From the IMG/VR virus record IMGVR_UViG_3300011335_000874, positions 1-62,865 of that record: DNA of 62,865 nt, one strand, 5' to 3'. The DNA comes from a virus. Lineage: Duplodnaviria > Caudoviricetes. The translations under genes and the position numbers were made by a program. How positions within the stretch are numbered: position 1 is the stretch's first letter; every line of letters starts with the position of its first letter. The notes under the pieces are model-generated. The model saw only the letters and a list, made by a program, of their open reading frames with translations, was not told the origin of the DNA and made no database searches. Shown here in pieces: positions 39,627 through 49,613 of this stretch.

Positions 39627-41003
39627 ATGGAACAAAAAAAAATTGTAGTAATTGGAGCTGGAGTAGCAGGTATTAACTTTGCTACTAAACTTGTCGATAA
39701 TGGATATCCAGGCGAGTTAATAACAATAATAGATAAGGGAAACGACCCTCATAATCGTAAACCAGAGGAGGTTATGACTGGCATGTTAGGTAGTGGAGGG
39801 TGGAGTGATGGTAAATTAACTTATCACACAGCAATTGGAGGCCAATTAGCTAAGTATTGTGGTGAAGAAAAAGCTATGGAATTGATGGATCAAGTTATTA
39901 GCAACTTTAGACGTTTCCATCCTAAACCAGAAGAAATATTCTGTTCTGATCCAGTAGCTGAACCAGACTTTATTAAACCATACTTTGGATTACGTTTGTT
40001 TCCTGTATGGCACATTGGTAGTAACTACTTACATGAGATTGCTAAAGCATGGTATCAATATTTAGTTGATAAAGGTGTAAACTTTAAATGGAATGCTAAC
40101 GTAACTAATATATTTTTTGATCATAATGGATTATATTATAGAATAAATAAAGGTGAAATTAATAAACTAAAATATGATACCCTTATATTCGCAGTAGGTA
40201 AATCAGGTATTGACTTTGCACAACAACTATCAGACGACTATAAATTACCAACTGAACCTAAATCAGTTCAAATAGGTGTTCGATTTGAAGCACCACAAAA
40301 ATATTTTCAAAAATTAATAGACATATCATATGATTTCAAATTATATCAGAAGTATGAAAATGTTTCTCTACGTAGTTTTTGTACTAATAACAATGCCGCT
40401 TACGTGGCCGTGGAGGAAACGTACGGCGATGTTACGTACAACGGACATGCGAAAAAGGGCGAACAATTCCGAAACGATATGACCAATTTTGGTATATTGA
40501 TGGAAATTAAAGGTATTGAAGATCCATTTAAATGGTCTAGAGATGTAGTTAAAAAATGTCAAGTAAAAGAAATTCAATCATATAATATACAATCATTTGA
40601 TTTAATTCAAGAAGGGGTATCTAGTAGAGGAACAGGAAATATGATACAAAAAGGTTTATATTATTCACCTAAAGGAACTAGAAAACCATCACAAACTTCT
40701 GAACATGATAATATAAAATCTATACAAATATATCATTTAGAAGGATTTAAAGATGCATTTGGTGAATACGCAACATATATTACTGATTTTATTGACCAAA
40801 TGAATATAGTATTTGAATTTGGTGATGATTGGGGTATGTATATTCCTGAGGTAAAATACCTATCACCTGAACCACTAGTAGATTATACTAATTTAGCATT
40901 AACTGAATATCCAAATGTGCATTTTGTTGGTGATGCATTAAGTGCTCGCGGTATAACTGTATCAGGGGCGCATGGGATTTATGTTGCTGAATATTTATTA
41001 TAA
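39627..41003 (+). CDS. FAD-dependent oxidoreductase
   Basis: IVVIGAGVAG, GGWSDGKL, IGVRFE, LRSFCTN, HFVGD. Confidence 0.88.
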   Translation: MEQKKIVVIGAGVAGINFATKLVDNGYPGELITIIDKGNDPHNRKPEEVMTGMLGSGGWSDGKLTYHTAIGGQLAKYCGEEKAMELMDQVISNFRRFHPKPEEIFCSDPVAEPDFIKPYFGLRLFPVWHIGSNYLHEIAKAWYQYLVDKGVNFKWNANVTNIFFDHNGLYYRINKGEINKLKYDTLIFAVGKSGIDFAQQLSDDYKLPTEPKSVQIGVRFEAPQKYFQKLIDISYDFKLYQKYENVSLRSFCTNNNAAYVAVEETYGDVTYNGHAKKGEQFRNDMTNFGILMEIKGIEDPFKWSRDVVKKCQVKEIQSYNIQSFDLIQEGVSSRGTGNMIQKGLYYSPKGTRKPSQTSEHDNIKSIQIYHLEGFKDAFGEYATYITDFIDQMNIVFEFGDDWGMYIPEVKYLSPEPLVDYTNLALTEYPNVHFVGDALSARGITVSGAHGIYVAEYLL

Positions 41004-41014
41004 ATACTTATATA

Positions 41015-41455
41015 ATGACGAAACAACAATTGCGCGAATCTATACGCAAAGTAATTAGACAAGAGTTAAATGAAGGATTAAAAACCGTTTCTAACCCTAA
41101 CGCGGGTAAATGGAGAATAGTGAGTATTGAATCTGGAGCTCCATTAACTAAAGAATTTTATAATTCTAAAGAAGAAGCACAAGCCGCTGCTAGAGAATTA
41201 GGTCAAATTAAAAGTAGTGGTATTAGATATGTACAATTAAAGGATACAATGAAAGTACATGAAGCCGCTCCTGCACCCTCTAAACCAGCTACAGCACCAG
41301 GTACTAAAGAACCACCTTCAAAAACACCAGGTAAAAAAGAACCACGTCGCCCATTAGGAAATCCTAATGTAAAACCTCAACCAAAGGCGACTATGAAGGA
41401 AGCTGAAATGTTAAAACAAGTAATCAAACGCTTTAAATCAAAAAAGAATGCCTAA
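41015..41455 (+). CDS. late protein with N-terminal LRESIRKVIRQELNE motif
   Basis: Late motif at 40991; Pro-rich middle. Confidence 0.7.
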   Translation: MTKQQLRESIRKVIRQELNEGLKTVSNPNAGKWRIVSIESGAPLTKEFYNSKEEAQAAARELGQIKSSGIRYVQLKDTMKVHEAAPAPSKPATAPGTKEPPSKTPGKKEPRRPLGNPNVKPQPKATMKEAEMLKQVIKRFKSKKNA

Positions 41456-42464
41456 TTTATTAGAAGTAGAATACGAAAAAATATTTAGCCCTAAAACAAT
41501 GGCTGGCCTAAAAGGCAAATCAGGTGAATCATTACGTTCAATGCTTGGTAATAAATCATTAATGCAAACAATGGTGCGTTCTCAAGCAGTATTAGATGAA
41601 ATTATTGAAGCTGAAGAAGGATATCGTGATGAACTTGAAATGGTAGCCGCTCAAATGGTGACTGATGCCTATCCAATTATAGATTATGCTAATATTAGAA
41701 TTGACGCTAAAATAGGAAATGATTTTAATTTACAAAATCCTCCACCACAAGAAGATCCAACACAACCTGATTTTGGTGAAGATGATCCTGAAAAATTACA
41801 AGCAAAACGCCGCATTATTAATGGTATAACACAAGGGGCATCAATTAGAGGCGCATTTGGATTTATTCTATTTAAAGAATATCTAGATGATATCAATCCA
41901 GCATTAGTAGAAAAATATAATGAAATAATTAAATTAGCATTTGGTATTTACGATGATGAAAACGCTATTGCAATGTTATTAGCAGCATTAGCTCAAGGAC
42001 AAACACCACACGGTGGCGAAAGTGAAATGGAATATGATGAAGAAACAGGTCAATTTGTTATTAAAGCTCGTGCTATTTGTTTCCCAATGCTTGTACATGA
42101 AATTGTAAAAGGATTGTATGAGATTATTGGTACAGAAGGATTTGGTGCTGATAAAGAAAAAAACCAAGCTATTGTAGGTGCTGTAGATAAATTATCTAAT
42201 GAGCCAAACGATTTGCGCTTTGGTAAATTCCTATATGACGCAATCAATAAAATATATGTTGAAAGTGATGTAGAAGATGCTCGTATTCGTGAATTATTCT
42301 TTTCATCTTTATATAAATTAGAAGATGATGAATTTTTCCCATTTGTTGAAAATGCTGTTAATGATGAATTAACAACAGCTCAAAAACAATGGGCTATAGG
42401 TGAAATGAGAGATATTGAGCGTGACTTACGTAAAGATGATACTGGATTAGAAGATTTGGACTAG
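41448..42464 (+). CDS. acidic hypothetical protein (degenerate zincin-like LVHEIVKG)
   Basis: MPNLLE N-terminus; HExxK. Confidence 0.65.
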   Translation: MPNLLEVEYEKIFSPKTMAGLKGKSGESLRSMLGNKSLMQTMVRSQAVLDEIIEAEEGYRDELEMVAAQMVTDAYPIIDYANIRIDAKIGNDFNLQNPPPQEDPTQPDFGEDDPEKLQAKRRIINGITQGASIRGAFGFILFKEYLDDINPALVEKYNEIIKLAFGIYDDENAIAMLLAALAQGQTPHGGESEMEYDEETGQFVIKARAICFPMLVHEIVKGLYEIIGTEGFGADKEKNQAIVGAVDKLSNEPNDLRFGKFLYDAINKIYVESDVEDARIRELFFSSLYKLEDDEFFPFVENAVNDELTTAQKQWAIGEMRDIERDLRKDDTGLEDLD

Positions 42465-42487
42465 GCAAAAAAACTTTCATATCTTTA
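42455..42487 (+). promoter_or_regulatory. Bacteroidota-type early promoter
   Basis: TTTG-N21-TATCTTTA, GGCA at 42464. Confidence 0.65.
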
Positions 42488-42499
42488 AAACAAAAACGT

Positions 42500-42757
42500 A
42501 TGAAGGAAACACTAGAGACACAGCGCATTGTAACAGCAGACGGAACAGTAGCACATTATGTTAGCATAAATGGAGTAAAGAAAATGCACAACTGGGATGG
42601 AGCTGCATTAATACCACAAGGTAATAAACGCCAAGCTGAATACTATTTATTTGGTATTAAGTACAGTAAAGATCAGTGGTTAGAATTTAAGAAAAATGTT
42701 AATGGTGTTCCATTTTATAAAACAGCAGCTGGAAAATTAGCAGGTGCAAGAGTATAA
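42500..42757 (+). CDS. small hypothetical protein
   Basis: KMHNWDGAALI...EYYLFG; flanked by promoter and terminator. Confidence 0.75.
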   Translation: MKETLETQRIVTADGTVAHYVSINGVKKMHNWDGAALIPQGNKRQAEYYLFGIKYSKDQWLEFKKNVNGVPFYKTAAGKLAGARV

Positions 42758-42763
42758 AATATT

Positions 42764-42788
42764 AGAGGATCGTCAAGATCCTCTTTTT
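42764..42788 (+). terminator. intrinsic terminator
   Basis: AGAGGATC-GTCAA-GATCCTCT then TTTT. Confidence 0.8.
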
Positions 42789-42799
42789 AAATTTATGTT

Positions 42800-43045
42800 A
42801 TGATAGAAAAAAGAGGTAGACCAAAAGAAATAGTTATTGAACCATCTCCACGTAAGTATACTAAAGTATATGAAGATGAATACACTACAGAAATATGGAC
42901 CTATAACTTAGATAAACATCATGGTCCAATAAGTGTTGATATTAGATACAAATCAGGTGCTGAAAAAGCAATGAAGCAAAATGCTAAAAATGCTATACAA
43001 GAAAAGAAAACAGCCCGTCAAATGAAAAAAATAAACAATAAATGA
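42800..43045 (+). CDS. small basic protein with AT-hook-like KRGRPK
   Basis: Motif at N-terminus. Confidence 0.65.
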   Translation: MIEKRGRPKEIVIEPSPRKYTKVYEDEYTTEIWTYNLDKHHGPISVDIRYKSGAEKAMKQNAKNAIQEKKTARQMKKINNK

Positions 43046-43563
43046 AAATAGGATTAACAGGTACAATGTCTGTAGGTAAAACTACATTAGCTAAAGCACT
43101 AGGCGAATTAGATATGTTTAAAGATTATCCAATACAAACTGAACGCAGTAAATATTTACGCGATATTGGTATTGCTTTAAACACAGATTCTACATTAAAA
43201 GGACAATTAGTGTTTGCTGCTGAACGCAGTATTGAACTAATGCAAGAGAATATTATTACTGATAGAACAGTATATGATGTTTGTGCATTTACACTCAGTG
43301 CTAGCTCAATTAAGTGGACTGAAAAACGCTATTTTACAGAAATATTAATGTCAATACGTGATGAATATGATGCAATTATTTATGTTTCACCTGAAGGTGT
43401 TGAAATAGAAAATAATGGTGTTCGCACAGTTGATCCAGTATATCGTGAAAAAATTGATGCTACTATTCAAAGTATGTTACTTGAGTACCCACCTAATAAA
43501 CTAATTAAAGTATCTGGCTCTACAGAAGAACGCATAAACACTATAATCTCACAACTAAATTAA
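43042..43563 (+). CDS. P-loop nucleotide kinase (NadR/AAA_28-like)
   Basis: GTMSVGKTT, IITDRT, YDAIIY, NGVR. Confidence 0.8.
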   Translation: MKIGLTGTMSVGKTTLAKALGELDMFKDYPIQTERSKYLRDIGIALNTDSTLKGQLVFAAERSIELMQENIITDRTVYDVCAFTLSASSIKWTEKRYFTEILMSIRDEYDAIIYVSPEGVEIENNGVRTVDPVYREKIDATIQSMLLEYPPNKLIKVSGSTEERINTIISQLN

Positions 43564-43598
43564 TATTTATGGATATCACATCACACGAATTAAAAACA

Positions 43599-44693
43599 AT
43601 GAAAGTAAAACAATTACGCAAACTTATACGTGAATCTATAAGTGAGATATTAGCTGAAAATACTGCTATTATTACTACTAAAACTGGTACTAAATCAATA
43701 GCATTTAAGGACCCTAAAGAATTAGATCCACTTAAAAAAGACTCAAATGTTTCTTCTATTGAAGATACTGCTGGTAAAAAATTAAAAGAAATGGCTCGTA
43801 TTGCTAAAGGATTTAGATTAACAGACCCAAATTTAAATACATCAACATACACAAAATCAATCAGTGGAACACCATTATCTGCTATTCTTGATTATTTTAG
43901 AGATAATCCAGGAGCTGATGTAAAATCTATCCAAACACAATTTAATTTTGTTCGCCCACAAATAGCAAATGGATTAGTTAAAGGTTTACTAGACGCTGGT
44001 ATATTAACTAAATTAACAGCCGGAGGAGAAGTAGTACCTACAGCAGCCCCAGGCGAAGAACAACCAGAAACAATTGACGGCCCAGAATCATTCTTAATTG
44101 GTGGTGGTGATCCGTTAGCGGGCATGTTTGATGGTGAACCAAATGATGATGGTTCTGAAGATTTTAATGATGAAATAGAACCAACATTAGGTGATTTAGA
44201 ACCGGATGAAGAACTTCCATCAACACCATCTACTGATAAAGAAAAAGCAGCTGATTTTACTATTGATGATGCTAATGCACGTTTAATTCAAAGTATCATA
44301 AACAACTATACTACTTTAAAAAGTAGAGCTAAAGGCGGAGGAGAAATGGGTGGATTATCTGGTTCAGATATGATGACAGCTATACAATCAAGTAAAGCGG
44401 CAGCTGAACTTAAGTTTCCTCAAAAAATGCAACAGCTAATTGATAAAATTAAAGAACAAGAACCATCTGTACAAAAAGCAATTATGGATTCTTTAATAAC
44501 AAAATTCGCTAGTGTAAAATTACCATCACTTGCTAAGGCAATAGCTAAAGAATTAAATGTAGATGCTAAAATACCAACATTAAAAACACCTATTGAAGAA
44601 CCAGAAGAGGATGATGAAGAACCATTAGACGAATCATTTAATAAAGAATATGAACTAAGAAAATTACAATATTATGCTGGAATTATTAAATAA
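43599..44693 (+). CDS. candidate internal head protein
   Basis: Start moved to MKVKQLRKLIRESISEILAE (the 43569 ATG overlaps the late motif at 43563); ends ELRKLQYYAGIIK. Confidence 0.65.
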   Translation: MKVKQLRKLIRESISEILAENTAIITTKTGTKSIAFKDPKELDPLKKDSNVSSIEDTAGKKLKEMARIAKGFRLTDPNLNTSTYTKSISGTPLSAILDYFRDNPGADVKSIQTQFNFVRPQIANGLVKGLLDAGILTKLTAGGEVVPTAAPGEEQPETIDGPESFLIGGGDPLAGMFDGEPNDDGSEDFNDEIEPTLGDLEPDEELPSTPSTDKEKAADFTIDDANARLIQSIINNYTTLKSRAKGGGEMGGLSGSDMMTAIQSSKAAAELKFPQKMQQLIDKIKEQEPSVQKAIMDSLITKFASVKLPSLAKAIAKELNVDAKIPTLKTPIEEPEEDDEEPLDESFNKEYELRKLQYYAGIIK

Positions 44694-45027
44694 ATATAAA
44701 AAACAAATAATTTACTTTATTATAGGATTATTTCTATTGTATGGTATTATATGGCTTGCAACTCGCAAACCACAAATGTCAGCTGACTTAAAAGCATCTA
44801 TTGATTCATTAACATTAATGAATAAAAAATTAATAGAATCTCAACAGCATATGGATAGTACTATTATGGCCTATGAATTTAAACTTAATACTATTGATTC
44901 ACAAATTAATAATATTGAAAATAAAACCGTTATTATAAACAGATATTATAATAATTTAGGTCAACAAGTAGATAAATACACACCATCTGAAATTGACTCA
45001 TTCTTTAAAAAACGTTATAACTACTAA
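44674..45027 (+). CDS. membrane-anchored coiled-coil protein (i-spanin-like)
   Basis: N-terminal TM then coiled coil. Confidence 0.5.
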   Translation: MLELLNKYKKQIIYFIIGLFLLYGIIWLATRKPQMSADLKASIDSLTLMNKKLIESQQHMDSTIMAYEFKLNTIDSQINNIENKTVIINRYYNNLGQQVDKYTPSEIDSFFKKRYNY

Positions 45028-45419
45028 TGAAACAACTATTAATTATACTAGCATTTATATTACCATCAATTGTTAAATCACAAGATACAATTAAAATACC
45101 TACACCTGTAGCTAAAACAATAGCTAAAGAATTAGTAGGTTGTGATAGCGCTAAAGCAATACTTACATTAACTAAAGAACAACTTTCATTAACTGAAAAT
45201 AAAGTAGTATTGAAAGATAGTATTATATCTAATCACATTAAGAAAGAAAATGTGTATAAGCAAGTAATTACTAATCAAGAACAAAAATTTGAATTACAAG
45301 GACAGTGGGTTACTGAATTACGTAAACAAAATAAAACGTTGAAAACAAAATTAACATTCACTAGAGTAATATCAATTTTATTTACTGGATTTATAACTTA
45401 TATCTATATTAGAAAATAA
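45027..45419 (+). CDS. secreted/membrane coiled-coil protein (spanin partner-like)
   Basis: Signal peptide, coiled coil, C-terminal hydrophobic segment. Confidence 0.45.
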   Translation: MKQLLIILAFILPSIVKSQDTIKIPTPVAKTIAKELVGCDSAKAILTLTKEQLSLTENKVVLKDSIISNHIKKENVYKQVITNQEQKFELQGQWVTELRKQNKTLKTKLTFTRVISILFTGFITYIYIRK

Positions 45420-45432
45420 CATATTTATACAC

Positions 45433-45942
45433 ATGAAAAAACAAATCAACGAAATTAAAAGAATGCAGCAATTAGCTGGTATCTTAAATGAAAACGAAAT
45501 TGGTTCTAAACCAAAATCAATTACCGTCAAAGTATTACCTAATTTTATAGAGTATATTAAATCAATTAAAGATGAAGAAAGTAGAAATACTGGATTTGTA
45601 ACTAATAGTGAATTTAAATTATCCCCTAATACAGAAGTTAAAATTGCTAGTGGTCCCTTTGAATTACGTATGTTTAGACAAATATTTTTTTGGGCTCAAT
45701 ACCAGCCAGAAAATAATGAAATTACTATTTCAAATAGTTTTTGTTTTGGTAACGATGCTATTACAAGGCATGATGATTTAACGTGGTCACCTGTAGGTGC
45801 ACCACAATTAGATTTTGGCGGTAACGAAGCAACCAAAAATGGATGTATGTTTAGACCAGACACTTATTGTAAATTTGAAAACGGATTTGAAGTTGGTCAA
45901 AAAGACCATCGTGGGTATTTTGAAATTATTGCTGTTAATTAA
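45433..45942 (+). CDS. late protein with N-terminal RMQQLAGILNE tag
   Basis: Late motif at 45421; tag resembles the scaffold C-terminus. Confidence 0.7.
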   Translation: MKKQINEIKRMQQLAGILNENEIGSKPKSITVKVLPNFIEYIKSIKDEESRNTGFVTNSEFKLSPNTEVKIASGPFELRMFRQIFFWAQYQPENNEITISNSFCFGNDAITRHDDLTWSPVGAPQLDFGGNEATKNGCMFRPDTYCKFENGFEVGQKDHRGYFEIIAVN

Positions 45943-45990
45943 AAATAATCGTCCTGCTACCTAGGATTGCCTATCTAGACCATAGGTGCA

Positions 45991-46021
45991 AAGCTTAACC
46001 CCGTAAGGTTAGGCTTTTTTT
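45991..46021 (+). terminator. intrinsic terminator
   Basis: AAGCTTAACC-CCGTAA-GGTTAGGCTT then T run. Confidence 0.8.
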
Positions 46022-46052
46022 ATATATTTATATACAACCAATAGTATATAAT

Positions 46053-47642
46053 ATGGCTGAACAAGCTAACATCAAAGACATAATAAAGCAGGAATATATA
46101 AAATGCGCAATGGATCCCGTGCATTTCTTTCGCAAATACTGCTACATTACTCACCCGGTTAAAGGTAGAGTATTATTTCATTTATACCCATTTCAGGAAA
46201 CAACATTAAATGAGTTTAGATTAAATCGTTTTTCCATTGTAAATAAATCACGTCAGTTAGGTATCTCTACTCTAGTAGCAGGATACGCACTATGGACAAT
46301 GCTATTTAACAAAGATAAAACAGTACTTTGTATAGCAACAAAACAAGAAACCGCTAAAGGTATGGTCGAGAAAGTACAGTTTATGTACAATAATCTACCA
46401 GCTTGGTTACGTGGTAATCAAAAACCAATATCAGATAATAAACTCTCACTCAAACTAGCAAATAACTCTCAAATTGTAGCTACATCAGCTGCATCAGATG
46501 CAGGTAGATCTTACGCCGTATCTTTGTTATTAATAGATGAGGCCGCGTTTATTGAAGGTATTGATAAAATATACACAAGTATTAAACCAACAATTGCTAC
46601 GGGTGGAGGAATTATCGCATTATCATCTCCAAATGGTATTGGTAATTGGTTCCATAAAATGTATACTGAAGCACAAATTGGTAAGAATGACTTTAAGCCA
46701 ATAGAGCTAAAATGGAACTTACACCCAGATAGAGTAGCACCAGTAGATCCAGGGTGGGAAGAACGTGAGCGTGCTAACATGTCACCACGTGAATTTGCTC
46801 AAGAATATGATTGTGACTTTTTAGGATCAGGAAATTCAGTCGTAGATTCAGATATATTATCTTTTTACGAACAAACATACATCCAAGATCCAATTGAACG
46901 CCGATTTATGGGTGGTGATTATTGGATTTGGCAATATCCAGATTATAGTAAGTCTTATATTGTGTGTGCTGATGTTGCTCGTGGAGATGGTAGTGATAGC
47001 TCTACATTTCATGTTATTGATATTGAAGCGTGTGAGCAAGTTGCAGAATATAAATCGCAAATAGGCACTAGAGAATTTGGCAATATGCTTGTATCTGTGG
47101 CTTCAGAGTATAATAATGCACTATTAGTACCAGAAAACGCTAATATAGGATGGGATGTTGTTAATACTATTATTGATAAAGGATATACAAATTTATATTA
47201 TTCGCCTCGCGCTTATGGTGAGTTGAATATTGATAAATGGATGGCTAAAATGGGTACTGATCAAACAGTACCTGGATTTACTAACTCCCAAAAGACAAGA
47301 CCACTTGTTATCTCCAAAATGGAGGCGTATATTCGAGATAGACATTTTATATTCCATTCAAAGAGATTATTAGAAGAATTACGTGTGTTTATTTGGATGC
47401 ATGGTAAAGCACAAGCGCAGAATGGATATAATGATGATTTGGTAATGGCTGCTGGTATTGGATTGTTTATTAGAGATACTGGTGTAAAATTCCATCAACA
47501 AGGTATGGATATGACTAGAAGAGCTATAGATGGAATATCAAACACAACACAAGGATATATTCCTTCACTACCTAGTGGAATACCAAATCCGTACATAATA
47601 GATACTCCATATGGTCCCGAAGACACCACATGGGTGTTTTAA
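46053..47642 (+). CDS. gp17: terminase large subunit
   Basis: LYPFQ, KSRQLGIST, LLLIDEAAF, SSPNG, FAQEYDCDF, CADVARG, DDLVMA. Confidence 0.97.
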   Translation: MAEQANIKDIIKQEYIKCAMDPVHFFRKYCYITHPVKGRVLFHLYPFQETTLNEFRLNRFSIVNKSRQLGISTLVAGYALWTMLFNKDKTVLCIATKQETAKGMVEKVQFMYNNLPAWLRGNQKPISDNKLSLKLANNSQIVATSAASDAGRSYAVSLLLIDEAAFIEGIDKIYTSIKPTIATGGGIIALSSPNGIGNWFHKMYTEAQIGKNDFKPIELKWNLHPDRVAPVDPGWEERERANMSPREFAQEYDCDFLGSGNSVVDSDILSFYEQTYIQDPIERRFMGGDYWIWQYPDYSKSYIVCADVARGDGSDSSTFHVIDIEACEQVAEYKSQIGTREFGNMLVSVASEYNNALLVPENANIGWDVVNTIIDKGYTNLYYSPRAYGELNIDKWMAKMGTDQTVPGFTNSQKTRPLVISKMEAYIRDRHFIFHSKRLLEELRVFIWMHGKAQAQNGYNDDLVMAAGIGLFIRDTGVKFHQQGMDMTRRAIDGISNTTQGYIPSLPSGIPNPYIIDTPYGPEDTTWVF

Positions 47643-47674
47643 ATAATAAATATTTATAGATATAAAATATACAA

Positions 47675-49570
47675 ATGGCTGAACAAAATACAGATACAGG
47701 ATTATTTAGTAGACTAAAACGCTTATTTGGTACTGATGTAGTAATCAGAAATGTAGGCGGTAATCAACTAAAAGTTATAGATACTGATCGCATCCAAGCA
47801 TATGGTAATGTAAAAACCAATGCATTAATTGATAGATTCACTAAGTTACATAGATATGGTGCTAATATGCCATATAACCCAACAATGAATTACCAAACAC
47901 TTCGTATCCAGTTATATACTGACTATGAAGCAATGGATACTGAATCAATCATTGCATCGGCACTCGATATTATTGCGGATGAAGCAACATTAAAAAATGA
48001 ATCACACGAAGTAATACAAATCAGATCCCCAGACGAAAATGTACAACGTATACTTTATAATTTATTTTATGATGTATTAAACATTGAGTTTAATCTATGG
48101 TTATGGATTCGTAACATGTGTAAGTATGGTGATTTTTATTTACATCTTGAAATAGCTGAGAAATTTGGTGTGTATAATGTAACACCATTATCAGTTTATG
48201 ATATGATTCGTGAAGAGGGTATGGATCCACAAAATCCATCTTATGTTTGTTTCAAGATTGATCCAATGGTGATCGCAGCTGGTGGTATCAATAGTCGTGT
48301 TAAGGATAGAGATGGTAAAATTAAATTTGAAAACTATGAAATAGCGCATTTTAGGCTATTAACTGATGCTAACTATCTTCCTTATGGTAGAGCGTACATA
48401 GAACCTGCTCGTAAAACTTACAAGCAATATGTGCTGATGAAGGATGCAATGATGCTCCATCGTATAACACGTGCTCCAGAAAAACGTGTATTTTATGTTG
48501 ACATAGGTAATTTACCTCCAAATGAGGTTGATGGGTATATGGAGCGTTTAAAGCAAAAAATGCAGAAAACACCATATATAGATAAAAATACAGGTGAATA
48601 TAATTTGAAGTACAACATGATGAATGTGATGGAAGATTTTTACATTCCTCAACGTGGTGCTAATTCAAATACTAAAATAGATACATTAAAAGGTCTTGAA
48701 TATAATGCAATTGATGACGTAAACTTCTTACGTGATGAAATGTTAGCTGCACTTAAAGTACCTAAAGCATTCTTTGGATTTGAAAAAGATTTGACTGGTA
48801 AAGCTACATTAGCTGCTGAAGATATTCGTTTCGCTCGTACAGTAGAACGTATTCAACGTATTGTATTATCTGAATTATATAAAATAGCATTAGTACATCT
48901 ATATACTCAAGGATTTGATGGTGCTGCTTTAAGTAATTTTGAATTATCATTAACGGTTCCATCTATTATCTATGAACAAGAAAAAATAGCATTATGGAAG
49001 GAAAAAATTGCATTAGCTAAAGATTTAACTGATAGCAAATTAGTACCATCTGATTGGATATATGACAATATCTTCCAATTTAGTGAAGATCAATATGATG
49101 AAGTACGTGATCTTGTTATTGAAGATATGAAACGTACATTCCGCTTATCACAAATTGAAAATGAAGGCAATGATCCAGCTAAATCTGGTAAATCATATGG
49201 TACACCACATGATCTAGCTTCATTATATGGTAAAGGTAGAGCAGGTATGAATGTAGATGGATCTGTTCCTCCGGGATATGATGAAAAACGTCCTGTTGGT
49301 CGTCCTGAAGAAAAAGCATCTATTATTGGTACACAAAAAGACCCATTAGGTAAAGATAGATTAGGTAACAAAGAAAATCAACCCATTTATACAGCAAATA
49401 TACCTGATGAAGGTAGTGGTACACCAAAAAGCTACGGTGCTTTAGCATTAGCTGAATCATTACGCTATAAAGATATGTTAAAAGCTATACCTAGAGCTGA
49501 TAAACAAATGGTATTTGAAGCGGAACAGGAATCTTCATTATTAGATGAAAAAAATATTAAGGACATATAA
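47675..49570 (+). CDS. gp20: portal protein (T4 gp20-like)
   Basis: HRITRAPEKRVFYVDIGNLP, EDFYIPQRG, IDTLKG, ALKVP. Confidence 0.95.
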   Translation: MAEQNTDTGLFSRLKRLFGTDVVIRNVGGNQLKVIDTDRIQAYGNVKTNALIDRFTKLHRYGANMPYNPTMNYQTLRIQLYTDYEAMDTESIIASALDIIADEATLKNESHEVIQIRSPDENVQRILYNLFYDVLNIEFNLWLWIRNMCKYGDFYLHLEIAEKFGVYNVTPLSVYDMIREEGMDPQNPSYVCFKIDPMVIAAGGINSRVKDRDGKIKFENYEIAHFRLLTDANYLPYGRAYIEPARKTYKQYVLMKDAMMLHRITRAPEKRVFYVDIGNLPPNEVDGYMERLKQKMQKTPYIDKNTGEYNLKYNMMNVMEDFYIPQRGANSNTKIDTLKGLEYNAIDDVNFLRDEMLAALKVPKAFFGFEKDLTGKATLAAEDIRFARTVERIQRIVLSELYKIALVHLYTQGFDGAALSNFELSLTVPSIIYEQEKIALWKEKIALAKDLTDSKLVPSDWIYDNIFQFSEDQYDEVRDLVIEDMKRTFRLSQIENEGNDPAKSGKSYGTPHDLASLYGKGRAGMNVDGSVPPGYDEKRPVGRPEEKASIIGTQKDPLGKDRLGNKENQPIYTANIPDEGSGTPKSYGALALAESLRYKDMLKAIPRADKQMVFEAEQESSLLDEKNIKDI

Positions 49571-49613
49571 TAATTACATATTTATATGTAGTGTATACTA
49601 ATTTATTATAAAA

